The notes under the pieces were generated by a model. That model saw only the letters and a list, made by a program, of their open reading frames with translations, was not told where the DNA came from and ran no database searches. A stretch of 64,000 nucleotides of DNA, taken from NCBI GenBank assembly GCA_963674735.2, contig CAXXQS010000001.1, positions 64,001 to 128,000 on the forward strand, given 5' to 3'. Shown here one piece after another: positions 1-10,343 of the stretch. This stretch comes from Myxococcota bacterium. Its GTDB lineage: Bacteria; Myxococcota_A; SURF-8. The position numbers were made by a program, and so were the translations under genes. Position 1 is the first letter of the stretch; the number at the start of each line of letters is the position of its first letter.

Positions 1-517
1 CATCCTCACCGATGCGCCATATAAACTTGGTGATTTCGTCGTGTTGCGCGACGGCCAGCGCGGGATGGTAACGCACATCGGCATTCGTTCCACGCGCATT
101 CTGACACGTGAAGACGTGGAGATCACCATTCCCAATGCCATCATCGCCAACTCGCAGATCGTGAATGAATCGAGCGGACCCCACGAAAAGCGCCGACTGT
201 CCATCGTGGCGTCGGTTGCCTATGGCAGCGATGTCGACCAGGTGCGCGAGGTGTTGCTGAAGAGTATCGAGGGGCTTGAAAATGTCTGCAGCGACCCGTC
301 ACCTATCGTGCGGTTTATCGAAATGGCCGATTCCGGTCTGATTTTTCAGATTCGCGTGTGGATTGATCTGCCGGTTTACAAGGGTCGCGTGATCGATGCC
401 ATCAACACGCGCGCCTATAAAGCGCTCAATGCGGCGGGAATCGAAATTCCCTATCCCAAGCAGGATGTGTATATCCGCCAGATGGTTGAACCGCCGAAGA
501 AATCGGACGAGGAATGA
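1..517 (+). CDS. mscS: Small-conductance mechanosensitive channel (MscS family), 5'-truncated by the window edge
   Basis: Frame is open from base 2 (ILTDAPYKLGDFVVL..GMVTHIGIRSTRI..ITIPNAII..VAYGSDVDQVREVL..GIEIPYP), typical MscS C-terminal motifs. Confidence 0.92.
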   Translation, partial: ILTDAPYKLGDFVVLRDGQRGMVTHIGIRSTRILTREDVEITIPNAIIANSQIVNESSGPHEKRRLSIVASVAYGSDVDQVREVLLKSIEGLENVCSDPSPIVRFIEMADSGLIFQIRVWIDLPVYKGRVIDAINTRAYKALNAAGIEIPYPKQDVYIRQMVEPPKKSDEE

Positions 518-708
518 ACATCGGGTCGACGTGATCGGCAACGACAGGTGTTGGGTGGTGTTCCCAGGCGTGATCGGGTCGGAATCGCCAGGGTTTCAAG
601 TGCTTCCCGGCTCGTTAATCGTCATGACAATTGAATGAAAGGATTCGATTACGAGGGATCCGAGACTTCGATTTGGCAGGTCCGAAAGCAAGCGATCAGG
701 AGAAGGTC

Positions 709-2040
709 ATGGCCAACAGCCAAGATGCACCGAAACTCGACACAAACCTGCTAGAGAGTCCTAACGCGGCGATGATCGGGGTGCCGCCGGGGAGGCGCGG
801 GTCGGTTTTATCCGAGTCTTTGACGAAAACGATCCTGCAGGAAGTACATAGGGGGATCAGGCACGTGATCCTTAAACCGCATGATGCACGGGCGGTTACG
901 GTTACGGTGGATCTCGTTCGTCGCATAAAAAGAAACGGAATGGTCGAGGTCTCGATTTGGGATTCTGTGGGTATGTGTCGCGACGAAAAAATCCGCAGAG
1001 TGTTTGAATTGACAGATATAAAACATCTGTTGGTTGAATCACCCAAGCCTGGATATTTTATAACGGAGGCAAACGAAAGTATCGTGTTTCGCGCGTTGCC
1101 GACCGTGGACTATCTCAGCCTCAGTGATCGTATGGGTGTCGGGCGTGGTTTGACGAAAGAAGCGATTATACGGCCTTCGCATCGTTGCAATCAGCACTGT
1201 GTTTTCTGCTGGATTGAGCGCGTTCTACCGGATCTAACTCGGGAAGAACTGTTCGATACCATCCGACTGCTGGGAAATCTAGTGTTGCATAACCTCGTCT
1301 TTTCAGGTGGTGAACCGACTTTGTCCCCTTTTCTGCGGGAAAGTATCAGCTTGGCCAAGCAGTGTGGGATCCTCGATGTTGTACTGCAAACCAACGGGGT
1401 GTTGTTGGAACGGCGCGAACGAGTGGATGAACTGCTGGAGGCCGGGCTGAATTCGGTGGTGATTTCGTTGCATTCGCACAATTCGGTCGTTTCAGATTCT
1501 TTAACAGGACTTCCCGGTAGCCAGAAAAAAACAGTGGCAGCTTTTAGACATTTCATCGAAAGTCCCGCTTATGTGACGATCAGTCATGTTCTCTGCCGAT
1601 CAAATCTGGCGGATTTGCCGGATTTTGCTCGTTTTCTGTTGGAATCAACCCGGTCAAGCGGCAAGGTCATTTTTGTCAACTTGGCTTGGCCTCAACCCAT
1701 GGGTATACTCGCCGAACGTTTTGAAGAACTGAGCCCACGTCTTAACGATCTTCGCGCGCCATTGCTTGAATGCTTACGCTTATTGACTGGAACGAACGTG
1801 ATGGTTGGTGGATTTTGCTCTGCCTGTGGGATTCCATTGTGTGCCCTGGATGGACATCTCGATCTCCTGCCCATTATGGTGGAAGAGCGGCATGAAAGAC
1901 AGCAGAATGATTTTGCGGATTTGCCCGGTTGTCGAACCTGCGATTTGCATGAAACCTGTTTCGGCTTGCGACACGAGTATGTTAAACATTTCGGCGATGG
2001 TGAGATTCGTCCCATCACAAGAACGCGCAAATCTGAATAG
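709..2040 (+). CDS. Radical SAM protein with N-terminal extension and C-terminal Cys cluster (HxsC-like architecture)
   Basis: CxxxCxxC (CNQHCVFC), SGGEPT, LQTNG, C-terminal CGIPLC and CRTCDLHETCFG..Y..FG..EIRP; ATG 709 follows AGGAGAAGG. Confidence 0.85.
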   Translation: MANSQDAPKLDTNLLESPNAAMIGVPPGRRGSVLSESLTKTILQEVHRGIRHVILKPHDARAVTVTVDLVRRIKRNGMVEVSIWDSVGMCRDEKIRRVFELTDIKHLLVESPKPGYFITEANESIVFRALPTVDYLSLSDRMGVGRGLTKEAIIRPSHRCNQHCVFCWIERVLPDLTREELFDTIRLLGNLVLHNLVFSGGEPTLSPFLRESISLAKQCGILDVVLQTNGVLLERRERVDELLEAGLNSVVISLHSHNSVVSDSLTGLPGSQKKTVAAFRHFIESPAYVTISHVLCRSNLADLPDFARFLLESTRSSGKVIFVNLAWPQPMGILAERFEELSPRLNDLRAPLLECLRLLTGTNVMVGGFCSACGIPLCALDGHLDLLPIMVEERHERQQNDFADLPGCRTCDLHETCFGLRHEYVKHFGDGEIRPITRTRKSE

Positions 2041-2132
2041 GAAAATCATAGTTTGCCATGCGGATATCTGAGCCGGGACTTGCCAGCGTAATGATTCGAT
2101 TCAGTGCTCTTACAAAGAAGGAGAAGTCGCGA

Positions 2133-3317
2133 ATGCGATGCTTTCTATTCCTGAGTGTGATTTCTCTGTTGATGATGCTGGCCTGCTCCGAAACCGATGA
2201 TTCCGTGCAGCCAGACGGTGATGCGGACGTTCAACCGGATGGCGATATGGACGAGGAGTCCGAAGGGTCGGACGACGACTTCGTCGAAGCCGAGTTCGAG
2301 GCGGAAGGCTGTCCGGCGATTGCGGCGCCTAGCGGTCGTATCACGTTCTGGTACGAAGATAGCGATCTGAATCCCATTCTCGACGCCTTCGACGAGCTGG
2401 CTGCCTATCCGGTCGATCTGACCTTGGGACTGCATCAAGGCGAGGTAGACCCCGACAGCCTGGAGGCGGCGGTTCGGCAGATGCATGAAGCCGGGTTGAC
2501 CGTCAACATCTGGCCCCTGATCGAATACGGCGAAGGTTATTTCGCGAGTGTGAAAACCATCGACCTGTTCGAAGAGTGGTACCGTGAGCTGCTCGAGCTG
2601 ACGCAGGCCCGCTGCCTGCCGGTGTCGGCTTTCGTTTTCGATCTGGAGCCGCCCATTGATACCATGTTGGAGATGCAGCGCCTGTTCGGTGAGAGCAACG
2701 GCGATACCACGGCGGTGGTGGAATTTCTGGAGGCGCAGTACGAGCCCGCCGAGTATGCCGAGGGGCGTGCGCGTATGAAAACGATGATTGCGGAGACGCA
2801 GCAGGCCGGTTACCGCGTTACCGCCAGCACCTTGTTTTTCCTCATCGAAGACCCCTTGGACGCGGACGACGATATCCAGAAAGGCTTCAGCGTGCCCATC
2901 GACGACATGGGCTGGGACGAGCTGTCGTTTCAGGTGTACCGGTCGAGTTTCAACGATGTGCTCGGATCGTTTCTGGACCCCGACACCCTGTTGTCCCCCT
3001 TTGTGGTGTACGACTATGCCCTGAGTGCGATCGAGTATTACGGCGATCTGGCGTCCTTCGACATCGGCATTGTGGGCGATGAACGCTATAGTCCCGCCGA
3101 ATTTCAGCAGGATGTGGCGGCGGCCTGGGCGGCCGGTCTGTCTTCCGCGCGGCTCAATGTCTACAGTCTGCAAGGCGTGCTGCGAGACGAAACCCGTCCG
3201 TCGCAAGACTGGCTGGATCTTTCGGAGGTTTCGTCCTCCGTCCCCGAATCGGACATGACGGTCACGATTCTGCGTTCGGTGATTCGTTCGATGGACGAAC
3301 AGGCCGCGTTGCCTTAA
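2133..3317 (+). CDS. Lipoprotein with DGD linker and a putative TIM-barrel, glycoside hydrolase-like domain
   Basis: Lipobox LLMMLAC, DGDAD..DGDMD linker, FVFDLEPP and DELSFQVY segments reminiscent of GH18-like barrels; RBS AAGGAG. Confidence 0.6.
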   Translation: MRCFLFLSVISLLMMLACSETDDSVQPDGDADVQPDGDMDEESEGSDDDFVEAEFEAEGCPAIAAPSGRITFWYEDSDLNPILDAFDELAAYPVDLTLGLHQGEVDPDSLEAAVRQMHEAGLTVNIWPLIEYGEGYFASVKTIDLFEEWYRELLELTQARCLPVSAFVFDLEPPIDTMLEMQRLFGESNGDTTAVVEFLEAQYEPAEYAEGRARMKTMIAETQQAGYRVTASTLFFLIEDPLDADDDIQKGFSVPIDDMGWDELSFQVYRSSFNDVLGSFLDPDTLLSPFVVYDYALSAIEYYGDLASFDIGIVGDERYSPAEFQQDVAAAWAAGLSSARLNVYSLQGVLRDETRPSQDWLDLSEVSSSVPESDMTVTILRSVIRSMDEQAALP

Positions 3318-3360
3318 TATATTTGACGCTAATGCGAATTTAACAAGTTTCGGGTTTCTT

Positions 3361-3395
3361 CCTGTCTTGACAGGCCAATTCGTTTTTACTATGCT
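3361..3395 (+). promoter_or_regulatory. Sigma70-type promoter with a palindrome over the -35 box
   Basis: TTGACA (3367-3372) N17 TATGCT (3390-3395); inverted repeat CCTGTC-TT-GACAGG 3361-3374. Confidence 0.6.
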
Positions 3396-3585
3396 GTAAA
3401 CGCGAAATGGCTCCACCCGTTTTCAGGGCCGTGACAAGCGGGAATGATTTCGAAGCCGTGACGGTTATTACCGATAGAGTCCGTGGTGCCGCTCCCCTGA
3501 AGAAGAATGGGGATTGTCCTTGATGATACCATCCTGTTGAATGCGTTCGTCGATTTGTACACTGGTAATCAGAGCGAGGTACTTG

Positions 3586-4440
3586 ATGATGAGTGAATGG
3601 CGTTTTGCTGTTTATCGCAACAAAGCCTGTTACGAAGTCAAAACTCTTCGATATCTATGCAGCCTGATCGCGCGCGGGTTCATCGGCCCGACGGACGAGC
3701 TGTTTGTCCGCCAGGATGGACGTTGGTATGCCGCTCAGAATCTGCCATATTTAAAGGAACACCTCAATTCGGCGCAGTTGAACACGCCGCTTATACCCCA
3801 TACAACCCCGCTGCCCTTACCGAAACTGCCGCCGTCCGCCTTGCCGCCTGCGCCATCGATGGTGAAGGCGTCACCCATCGCGAAGCTCGACACCATCCTG
3901 CAGAGCGATCTGCGCGATGTCATTCATTCGTTCGATCGTGGCCGTTCCAGCGCGGTTGCCAATCAAGCACAACCGAAAGCGTCGCTTTCGGCTTCATCTT
4001 CCACAAGTCATCCCGTCTCTGCCTCCAGCGAGTCGAAAAGTCCGTCGGCGTCCTCCGGTCGCTGGAACATCTGGCGTCCCGCCCCGGAACCCGTAGTGGA
4101 AGCCTCGCCGAAACCCGAAGAGGTGATCCGTTACACCATGAGTTCGCACACCACCCGTGATGGCCGCCGCGTGGCGCGGGAAGAGGATTGCCGGGTCAAA
4201 TTTACGCCGTTTTTTCAAGAAGAGACATCCGAAACCGCAGAAAATAAAGCGGATCGTTTACAGGCCAAGCTCAAGTCCCAATGCAAGTTCGAAACCCTCT
4301 CGCGGCGTACCGTGCTACTCGCCATTCTGCTGGTTCTGCTCACCAAATTCGCCGCGTTGTATTTCACAACCGACTTCTATCGAGAATCCGAGCCCGTACT
4401 CTTGGCGCAACTGGAGAGTCATATCCTGGAACAGAGGTAG
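3586..4440 (+). CDS. Membrane-anchored protein with GYF_2/DUF4339-like N-terminal domain and Pro/Ser-rich linker
   Basis: LCSLIARGFIGPTDELFVRQDGRWYAAQNLPYL resembles GYF_2; C-terminal hydrophobic helix; GAGG before ATG 3586. Confidence 0.55.
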   Translation: MMSEWRFAVYRNKACYEVKTLRYLCSLIARGFIGPTDELFVRQDGRWYAAQNLPYLKEHLNSAQLNTPLIPHTTPLPLPKLPPSALPPAPSMVKASPIAKLDTILQSDLRDVIHSFDRGRSSAVANQAQPKASLSASSSTSHPVSASSESKSPSASSGRWNIWRPAPEPVVEASPKPEEVIRYTMSSHTTRDGRRVAREEDCRVKFTPFFQEETSETAENKADRLQAKLKSQCKFETLSRRTVLLAILLVLLTKFAALYFTTDFYRESEPVLLAQLESHILEQR

Positions 4441-4564
4441 GATCGAACGGTTTCTTTCGGTTCTTTGACGAATGCGAATTCCCCGATTTCGATTGAATGC
4501 GGAAGAGGGGCCGGGTATGCTTGGTGTTCATTAGAAATGAAACCTATAGGAATAGGAGGGCGCA

Positions 4565-5092
4565 ATGGCTCTGATCAAGACGGTCAAACCGGAAGACGCG
4601 ACGGGTGTTGTGAAAGAAGCCTACGATTTCATGCAGCAGCGGGCCGGTCTGGTGCCGATGCCGATGCAGATGATGTCGGTGAGTCCCCCGATGATGTCCA
4701 CGATGATGAGCAGCATGCAACATTTCATGCAACACCCCAATCTCGACCCGGTGTTGCTGACGCAGATCCGGCTGATGACCGCCGACCGCTGCGACTATCC
4801 CTATTGTGTGATGTTCAACACCAACATCCTCAAGCAGGCCGCCGGTTTCACCGATGAGCAGGTCGCCGCGTTCATGAGCGATCCCGCCTCGGTTGCCAGC
4901 TCCGACAAAAACAAGGCCATGCTGGGCTTTGTCCAAAAAGCGATGAAGGATCCCGATGCCGTCGAGCAGGCCGATGTGGATGCCTTGCACGAACTGGGTT
5001 GGACCGACCAGGATATCTTCGATGCGACGGCGCATGCCAGCAACATGGTGTCTGCCGGGATTTTGTACCGCACATTCAAAATCGGCGAGTAA
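4565..5092 (+). CDS. AhpD/carboxymuconolactone decarboxylase-like protein
   Basis: [17 protein letters not shown] start, [26 protein letters not shown]-terminal motif; RBS AGGAGG. Confidence 0.75.
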   Translation: MALIKTVKPEDATGVVKEAYDFMQQRAGLVPMPMQMMSVSPPMMSTMMSSMQHFMQHPNLDPVLLTQIRLMTADRCDYPYCVMFNTNILKQAAGFTDEQVAAFMSDPASVASSDKNKAMLGFVQKAMKDPDAVEQADVDALHELGWTDQDIFDATAHASNMVSAGILYRTFKIGE

Positions 5093-5235
5093 CCCGTTTT
5101 TTTACAATTTGGGTGGGGGACGACGATTCGATAGGACCGGCGAGAGCGGGTGATGATTTTGGTCGTTTCTTTTTCTCGCCGGATCGGGTAAAGTTGCACT
5201 TGAACAGACAATCATTTGCCGGGTGGGAGGATACG

Positions 5236-7597
5236 ATGCAAGGGCCCTTGAAGCCGGAGCTTCTGGAAAAAATGGATGCCTACTGGCGCGCCGCCAATTA
5301 CCTGTCGGTCGGCCAGATTTATCTGCTCGCCAATCCGCTGTTGAAAGCGCCGCTCAAGGCGGAGCACGTCAAGTCGCGGTTGCTGGGACACTGGGGTACC
5401 ACCCCCGGCTTGAATTTCATTTATGTCCATATGAACCGCATCATCAACGAGCGCGACTTGAATGCCATTTACATCACCGGGCCCGGTCACGGCGGTCCCG
5501 GTCTGGTGGCCAATACCTATCTGGAAGGGGTTTACAGCGAGGTCTACCCCGACATCTCCATGGATGAAGAGGGGATGGGCAAGCTGTTCAAACAGTTTTC
5601 CTTTCCGGGCGGCATTCCCAGCCATGTTGCGCCCGAAACACCCGGATCGATCCACGAAGGGGGAGAATTGGGGTATGCGCTGGTCCATGCCTACGGCGCG
5701 GTTTTCGACAATCCCGACCTGCTGGCCTGCTGTGTGGTGGGCGACGGCGAAGCCGAAACCGGTCCACTGGCGACCAGCTGGCATTCCAATAAGTTTCTCA
5801 ACCCCGCACGTGACGGCGCGGTTTTGCCCATCCTGCACCTCAATGGCTACAAAATCGCCGGGCCGACGGTTCTCGCCCGTCTGGACGATGAAGAACTGGC
5901 GCACCTTTTCAAGGGATACGGTTACACCCCGCATTTTGTCGAGGGCGACGACCCGCCCCTGATGCACCAGCAGATGGCCGCCGTGTTGGATGCCGCGATG
6001 GATGAGATTCGCGCTATCCAGGAACGCGCCCGCCGCGAAGGTTTCACCGGTCGTCCGGCTTGGCCCATGATCGTGTTGCGCAGTCCCAAGGGCTGGACCG
6101 GTCCCAAGGAAGTGAACGGCAAGCTGATCGAAGGAACCTTCCGCGCCCACCAGGTGCCGCTGGCGAAGGTGCGCCAAGACGAAAAGCAGATCAAGGCTTT
6201 GGAAGTATGGATGAAAAGTTACCGTCCCGACGAGCTGTTCGAGGCGGATGGATCGTTCAAACCGCAGTTGATGCAATTGGCTCCTCGGGGTGAACGTCGC
6301 ATGGGTGCCAATCCATGTGCCAACGGCGGTTTGCTGTTACGGGATCTGCGTCTGCCCGATTTCCGCGAGTATGCCGCCGATGTTGTGCAGCCGGGAACCA
6401 CAGTTGCCGAGGCGACGCGTTTGCAGGGCGATTTCATACGGGATGTTCTGCGCAAGAACGCCAAAGCGGCCAATTTTCGCGTGTTCAGTCCCGACGAGAC
6501 GGCTTCCAACCGTTGGGGCGCGGTGTTCGAGGTCGAGAACCGCATGTCGGTGGCCAAGATCCTCGATATCGACGAACACGTTACCCCCGACGGGCGGATC
6601 ATGGAGGTGCTGAGCGAGCACATGTGTCAGGGGTGGTTGGAAGGCTATCTGCTTACCGGACGGCACGGATTTCTCTCCTGCTACGAGGCCTTCATTCACA
6701 TCATCGATTCCATGTTCAACCAGCACGCCAAATGGCTGAAAAGCTGTAGGGAAATTCCCTGGCGGCGCAGCATCGCTTCCTTGAATATCCTGCTGACCTC
6801 GCATGTGTGGCGGCAGGATCACAATGGTTTCAGTCACCAGGATCCGGGCTTCATCGATCATGTCGTCAACAAGAAGGCCTCCATCATTCGCGTGTATCTG
6901 CCGCCCGACGCCAACACGCTGTTGTCGGTAACCGACCATTGCCTGCGTAGCCGCGACTACGTCAACGTCATTGTTGCCGGCAAACAGCCCGCTCCGCAGT
7001 GGTTGAATATGGATCAGGCGGTGAAACACTGTACCGCCGGACTGGGCATCTGGGAATGGGCCAGCAACGACGAAGATGGCGAACCGGATGTGGTGATGGC
7101 CTGCTGCGGCGACGTGCCGACCGAAGAAACGCTGGCGGCGGTGGACTGGCTGCGGCAGCGTGTTCCCGAGTTGCGGATCCGCGTGGTGAATATCGTCGAT
7201 CTGATGACCTTGCAGCCCCAGTCGGAACATCCGCATGGGGTATCGGATCGCGACTTCGATAGCCTGTTCACCTGCGATAAACCCATCATTTTCGCCTTTC
7301 ACGGCTATCCCTGGCTGATTCATCGGCTGACCTACCGCCGCACCAATCACAAGAATCTGCATGTGCGCGGTTACAAAGAGGAAGGTTCCACCACGACCCC
7401 CCTTCGATATGGTGGTGCTCAACGATCTCGACCGTTTCCATCTGGCCATGGATGTCATCGACCGGGTGCCCAAGCTGGCACCCCGTGCCGCCTACCTCAA
7501 GCAGGAATTGCGAGATCGTCTGATCGAGCATACGCACTATATCGAACGCTATGGCGAAGACATGCCCGAGGTGCGTGAGTGGAAGTGGTCGTTATAA
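5236..7597 (+). CDS. xfp: Phosphoketolase (XFP family); one extra C in the C6 run at 7397-7402 shifts the C-terminus into another frame
   Basis: [48 protein letters not shown]; the conserved end [25 protein letters not shown] continues in ORF 7361-7597. Confidence 0.93.
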
Positions 7598-7837
7598 TAC
7601 GAGTGTGTTCACAACCGTTTTTCATGGCTGAAGTGGATGGCCTGTAAGGGGTTCGGAAGGAGGGGAGGGTGCCTTGATCCTTTTTCCGGATTCGTTCGTT
7701 CGTGCTTGTTCTGCCACTTCCAATTTTCCTATAAATACGAAAAATTAAATAATATGTGGACCTACTTTTAGCGGTTGTATATATTGGCGAGGAAATGCGA
7801 ATTCTGACTAAAGTGTAAAACGATGGGGGGCGGAGAA

Positions 7838-10111
7838 ATGTCGGCTGTTGCGCGCAAACACCTCCTCTTTCCGATTTATTTTCTTATCGTTGGATTGATG
7901 GCCCCGAATCTGGCATGGGCCGGACCCGTGCGGTTGAAGACAACCGATGACTATATCGATCTGAGACCGTTTCTCGGAGTTTATGAAAGCACATCGGGCG
8001 ACCCTTCCGTTTCAGCTGATCCTGCGAGCGATCTTCCCGAAGTATCGCTTTTTCATCCAAGCGAGCGCGTCAGTTTCGGTTTCCGGCACGCACCGGTTTG
8101 GTTTCGCATGGAGTTTCACAACGAATCGGATATACAAGACTGGGTGCTGGCTCTAGGCAATCCCTCCATCGACTCGGCGGATTTATACCTGCGCGATGCA
8201 TCCGGTCGCTGGATCGTCCAACGCAACGGCTTGAACGTTCCGCATTCCAAGCGAGTTTTGTCGGCTCGTGAGTTTGTATTCCCGATCGAAATGGAAACAG
8301 GGGAAGAGGCTGTTTATTATCTCCGCCTTGCTTCAAACTCAAGCCTGTTTTTCGATCCCGTGCTCTGGCCGAGAGATCAGTATGCCCGGCAGGAAACGCG
8401 CAAAATCCACCTGCTGATGATCGTGATCGGTATATTTTTTGCGTTGCTTTTCTCCAACTTAGTTCTGGCTTTTCGCTCGCCCGAGCGAAATCATGTTTAT
8501 CTGGTCGGGCTGGATCTGGCATTCGGATTATTTCTCGCCTCCTCGCTGGGCATCTCCCATCTGTATCTTTGGCCGGAAAACCCCACCCTTGCCCGTCTGG
8601 CTTGGCCGGTTTTCGGCGGATTATCGCTGGCTTTCGGTTCTTTGTATGCACGCAGTGTGATGCGTTTGCCGGTGATGCACAAGATATCCGACTGTTTTTA
8701 TGCGCTGATTGCCGTTTTAGCGGTGGTGATGATTGTTTTAAATCCCTTCATCCATTTATACTCGAACATCGTTATCGCCAGTCTAAGCATGCTCATGACC
8801 CTGGTGACTCTTATATTATGCATACAGAAAATCCGAAGTTCGACTGAAATCGGCCGGTTTTTCGGGGCCGTTCTGCTGGCGGGTCTGGCATGCGGTTTTT
8901 TGTTCGATCTCATGTTGCTGGGGTTTCTTCCCTGGAGTGTCTGGTCGGCCAGTATGGGGCCTGTTGCCTTTGTCGTAATATCGATTGCACTGCTTTTCAC
9001 GGTGGGCCACCGGGTCGCGGTTATGCAACGGCGTTATGCACGCATTTTCGACAGCGTGAGCGATGCCCTGCTGTTGCTTGATATACATGCCGCGAGGATA
9101 CTTCAGGCAAACGATAAAGCGCTTGAATTACTTGGATATTCGCATTTAGCGCTCATCCGGAAAGGCTTGCCGGGTATCTTGGCCAAAGAGAAGAGCGATT
9201 GGCGGCAGCGTTTGGACGAGCTAGCGGCCATGGATGCCCTCAAAGAGGAGTCATATACCCGTTTTGTCACGCTGCTGCGCCGGGATGGCGGAACGTTTCG
9301 GGCGGAAGTGACCCTGCATCGGGCCGATCAACTTGGAAACAAGCAAATTCTGGTGATGGTGCGCGATGTCACGGAAGCACGGGAACGTGAAATGAAGCTT
9401 CGGCATCAGCAAAAGCTGGAAGCCATCGGAACGTTGGCCAGCGGGGTGGCCCATGAAATCAACAACCCGCTGACCATCGTCATGAATTACGGGGAGATCA
9501 TCGGCGATGCCGCTCCGTCCGGTTCGGAAATACGCGATCATGCCCGGATAATCGTCGATGAATGCCGTCGCATCGCCTCGATTGTTAAAAATCTACTGGC
9601 CTTTGCGCGTAAAGATGAGGTGGGGAAGAGTGCCGAAGCCGCCGACATGGTCGAGATTGTCAACTCCACGCTTTCGCTGACCAACAAGCTTCTGCAAAAA
9701 GACCGTATCCAGCTTGTCACGAATATCTCGCAGGTTCCGCTTCTGTTGCATTGTCGGCCGCAGCAGATCAAGCAGGTGTTGATGAATCTCATCTCAAACG
9801 CACGCGATGCCCTCAACGAACGCTATCCCGGCGCGAATTCCGGCAAATGTCTGTATATCCGGGTTGATAAGGTTAAGCGTGCGAACCGCTCGTGGCTCTG
9901 CATCGAAGTGGAAGATAGCGGGACGGGTATTCCACCGGATGTCTGCGCGCGCATTTTCGATCCGTTTTTCACCACGAAACCGGAAGGCCGCGGCACCGGG
10001 TTGGGGCTGGCGATCAGCCATGGAATGATCAAGGAACATGGCGGCGAGATCATCGTTGATAGCAAGGAAGGGATGTTCACCCGTTTTCGTGTTCTGCTGC
10101 CCATGGGGTAA
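7838..10111 (+). CDS. 7TM-DISM (7TMR-DISMED2 + 7TM) PAS-domain sensor histidine kinase
   Basis: Signal peptide, SFGF..PVWFR DISMED2-like domain, about 7 TM helices, PAS (LRRDGGTFRAEV), H-box GVAHEINNPL, N/G1/F/G2 boxes. Confidence 0.88.
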   Translation: MSAVARKHLLFPIYFLIVGLMAPNLAWAGPVRLKTTDDYIDLRPFLGVYESTSGDPSVSADPASDLPEVSLFHPSERVSFGFRHAPVWFRMEFHNESDIQDWVLALGNPSIDSADLYLRDASGRWIVQRNGLNVPHSKRVLSAREFVFPIEMETGEEAVYYLRLASNSSLFFDPVLWPRDQYARQETRKIHLLMIVIGIFFALLFSNLVLAFRSPERNHVYLVGLDLAFGLFLASSLGISHLYLWPENPTLARLAWPVFGGLSLAFGSLYARSVMRLPVMHKISDCFYALIAVLAVVMIVLNPFIHLYSNIVIASLSMLMTLVTLILCIQKIRSSTEIGRFFGAVLLAGLACGFLFDLMLLGFLPWSVWSASMGPVAFVVISIALLFTVGHRVAVMQRRYARIFDSVSDALLLLDIHAARILQANDKALELLGYSHLALIRKGLPGILAKEKSDWRQRLDELAAMDALKEESYTRFVTLLRRDGGTFRAEVTLHRADQLGNKQILVMVRDVTEAREREMKLRHQQKLEAIGTLASGVAHEINNPLTIVMNYGEIIGDAAPSGSEIRDHARIIVDECRRIASIVKNLLAFARKDEVGKSAEAADMVEIVNSTLSLTNKLLQKDRIQLVTNISQVPLLLHCRPQQIKQVLMNLISNARDALNERYPGANSGKCLYIRVDKVKRANRSWLCIEVEDSGTGIPPDVCARIFDPFFTTKPEGRGTGLGLAISHGMIKEHGGEIIVDSKEGMFTRFRVLLPMG

Positions 10112-10343
10112 TCACCCGGTAATCATAAATTAACCAATAAAACGTGTCAGACCCACAAAGGTTGGGAGTCAAGTGTGGAATACGGTTATAGAATTCCGTC
10201 TTCGCGGAAGGACGAACCTTGAGTGATAACTGTGATTTACTCGCCGGGTTTACCCCAATCGCCTGGCCCTTTCGTGCGACCTATTTGCTGTCCGCTTGAT
10301 TTGTGTTAAGGTATCCGCTGCTCGAATTCGAAAGGAGCTCACA

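Noticed and set aside
676-700. CAGGTCCGAAAGCAAGC resembling the SRP RNA core
   Set aside because: Mismatches in the conserved loop, no long enclosing helix, and it abuts the RBS of the radical SAM gene
2145-3416. Long antisense ORFs (also 5212-6276, 6337-7473, 17100-17939, 23144-24172, 34464-36068, 49826-50923, 52427-53515)
   Set aside because: Shadow frames opposite well-supported genes, expected in GC-rich DNA; no motifs
3421-3500. c-di-GMP-I riboswitch
   Set aside because: The GCAAA..GAAA..GACGCAAA core is absent; kept only as an unassigned leader
7397-7402. Programmed ribosomal frameshift in xfp
   Set aside because: No such recoding is known to me for phosphoketolases, and similar single-base homopolymer insertions occur elsewhere in the window, favouring sequencing error
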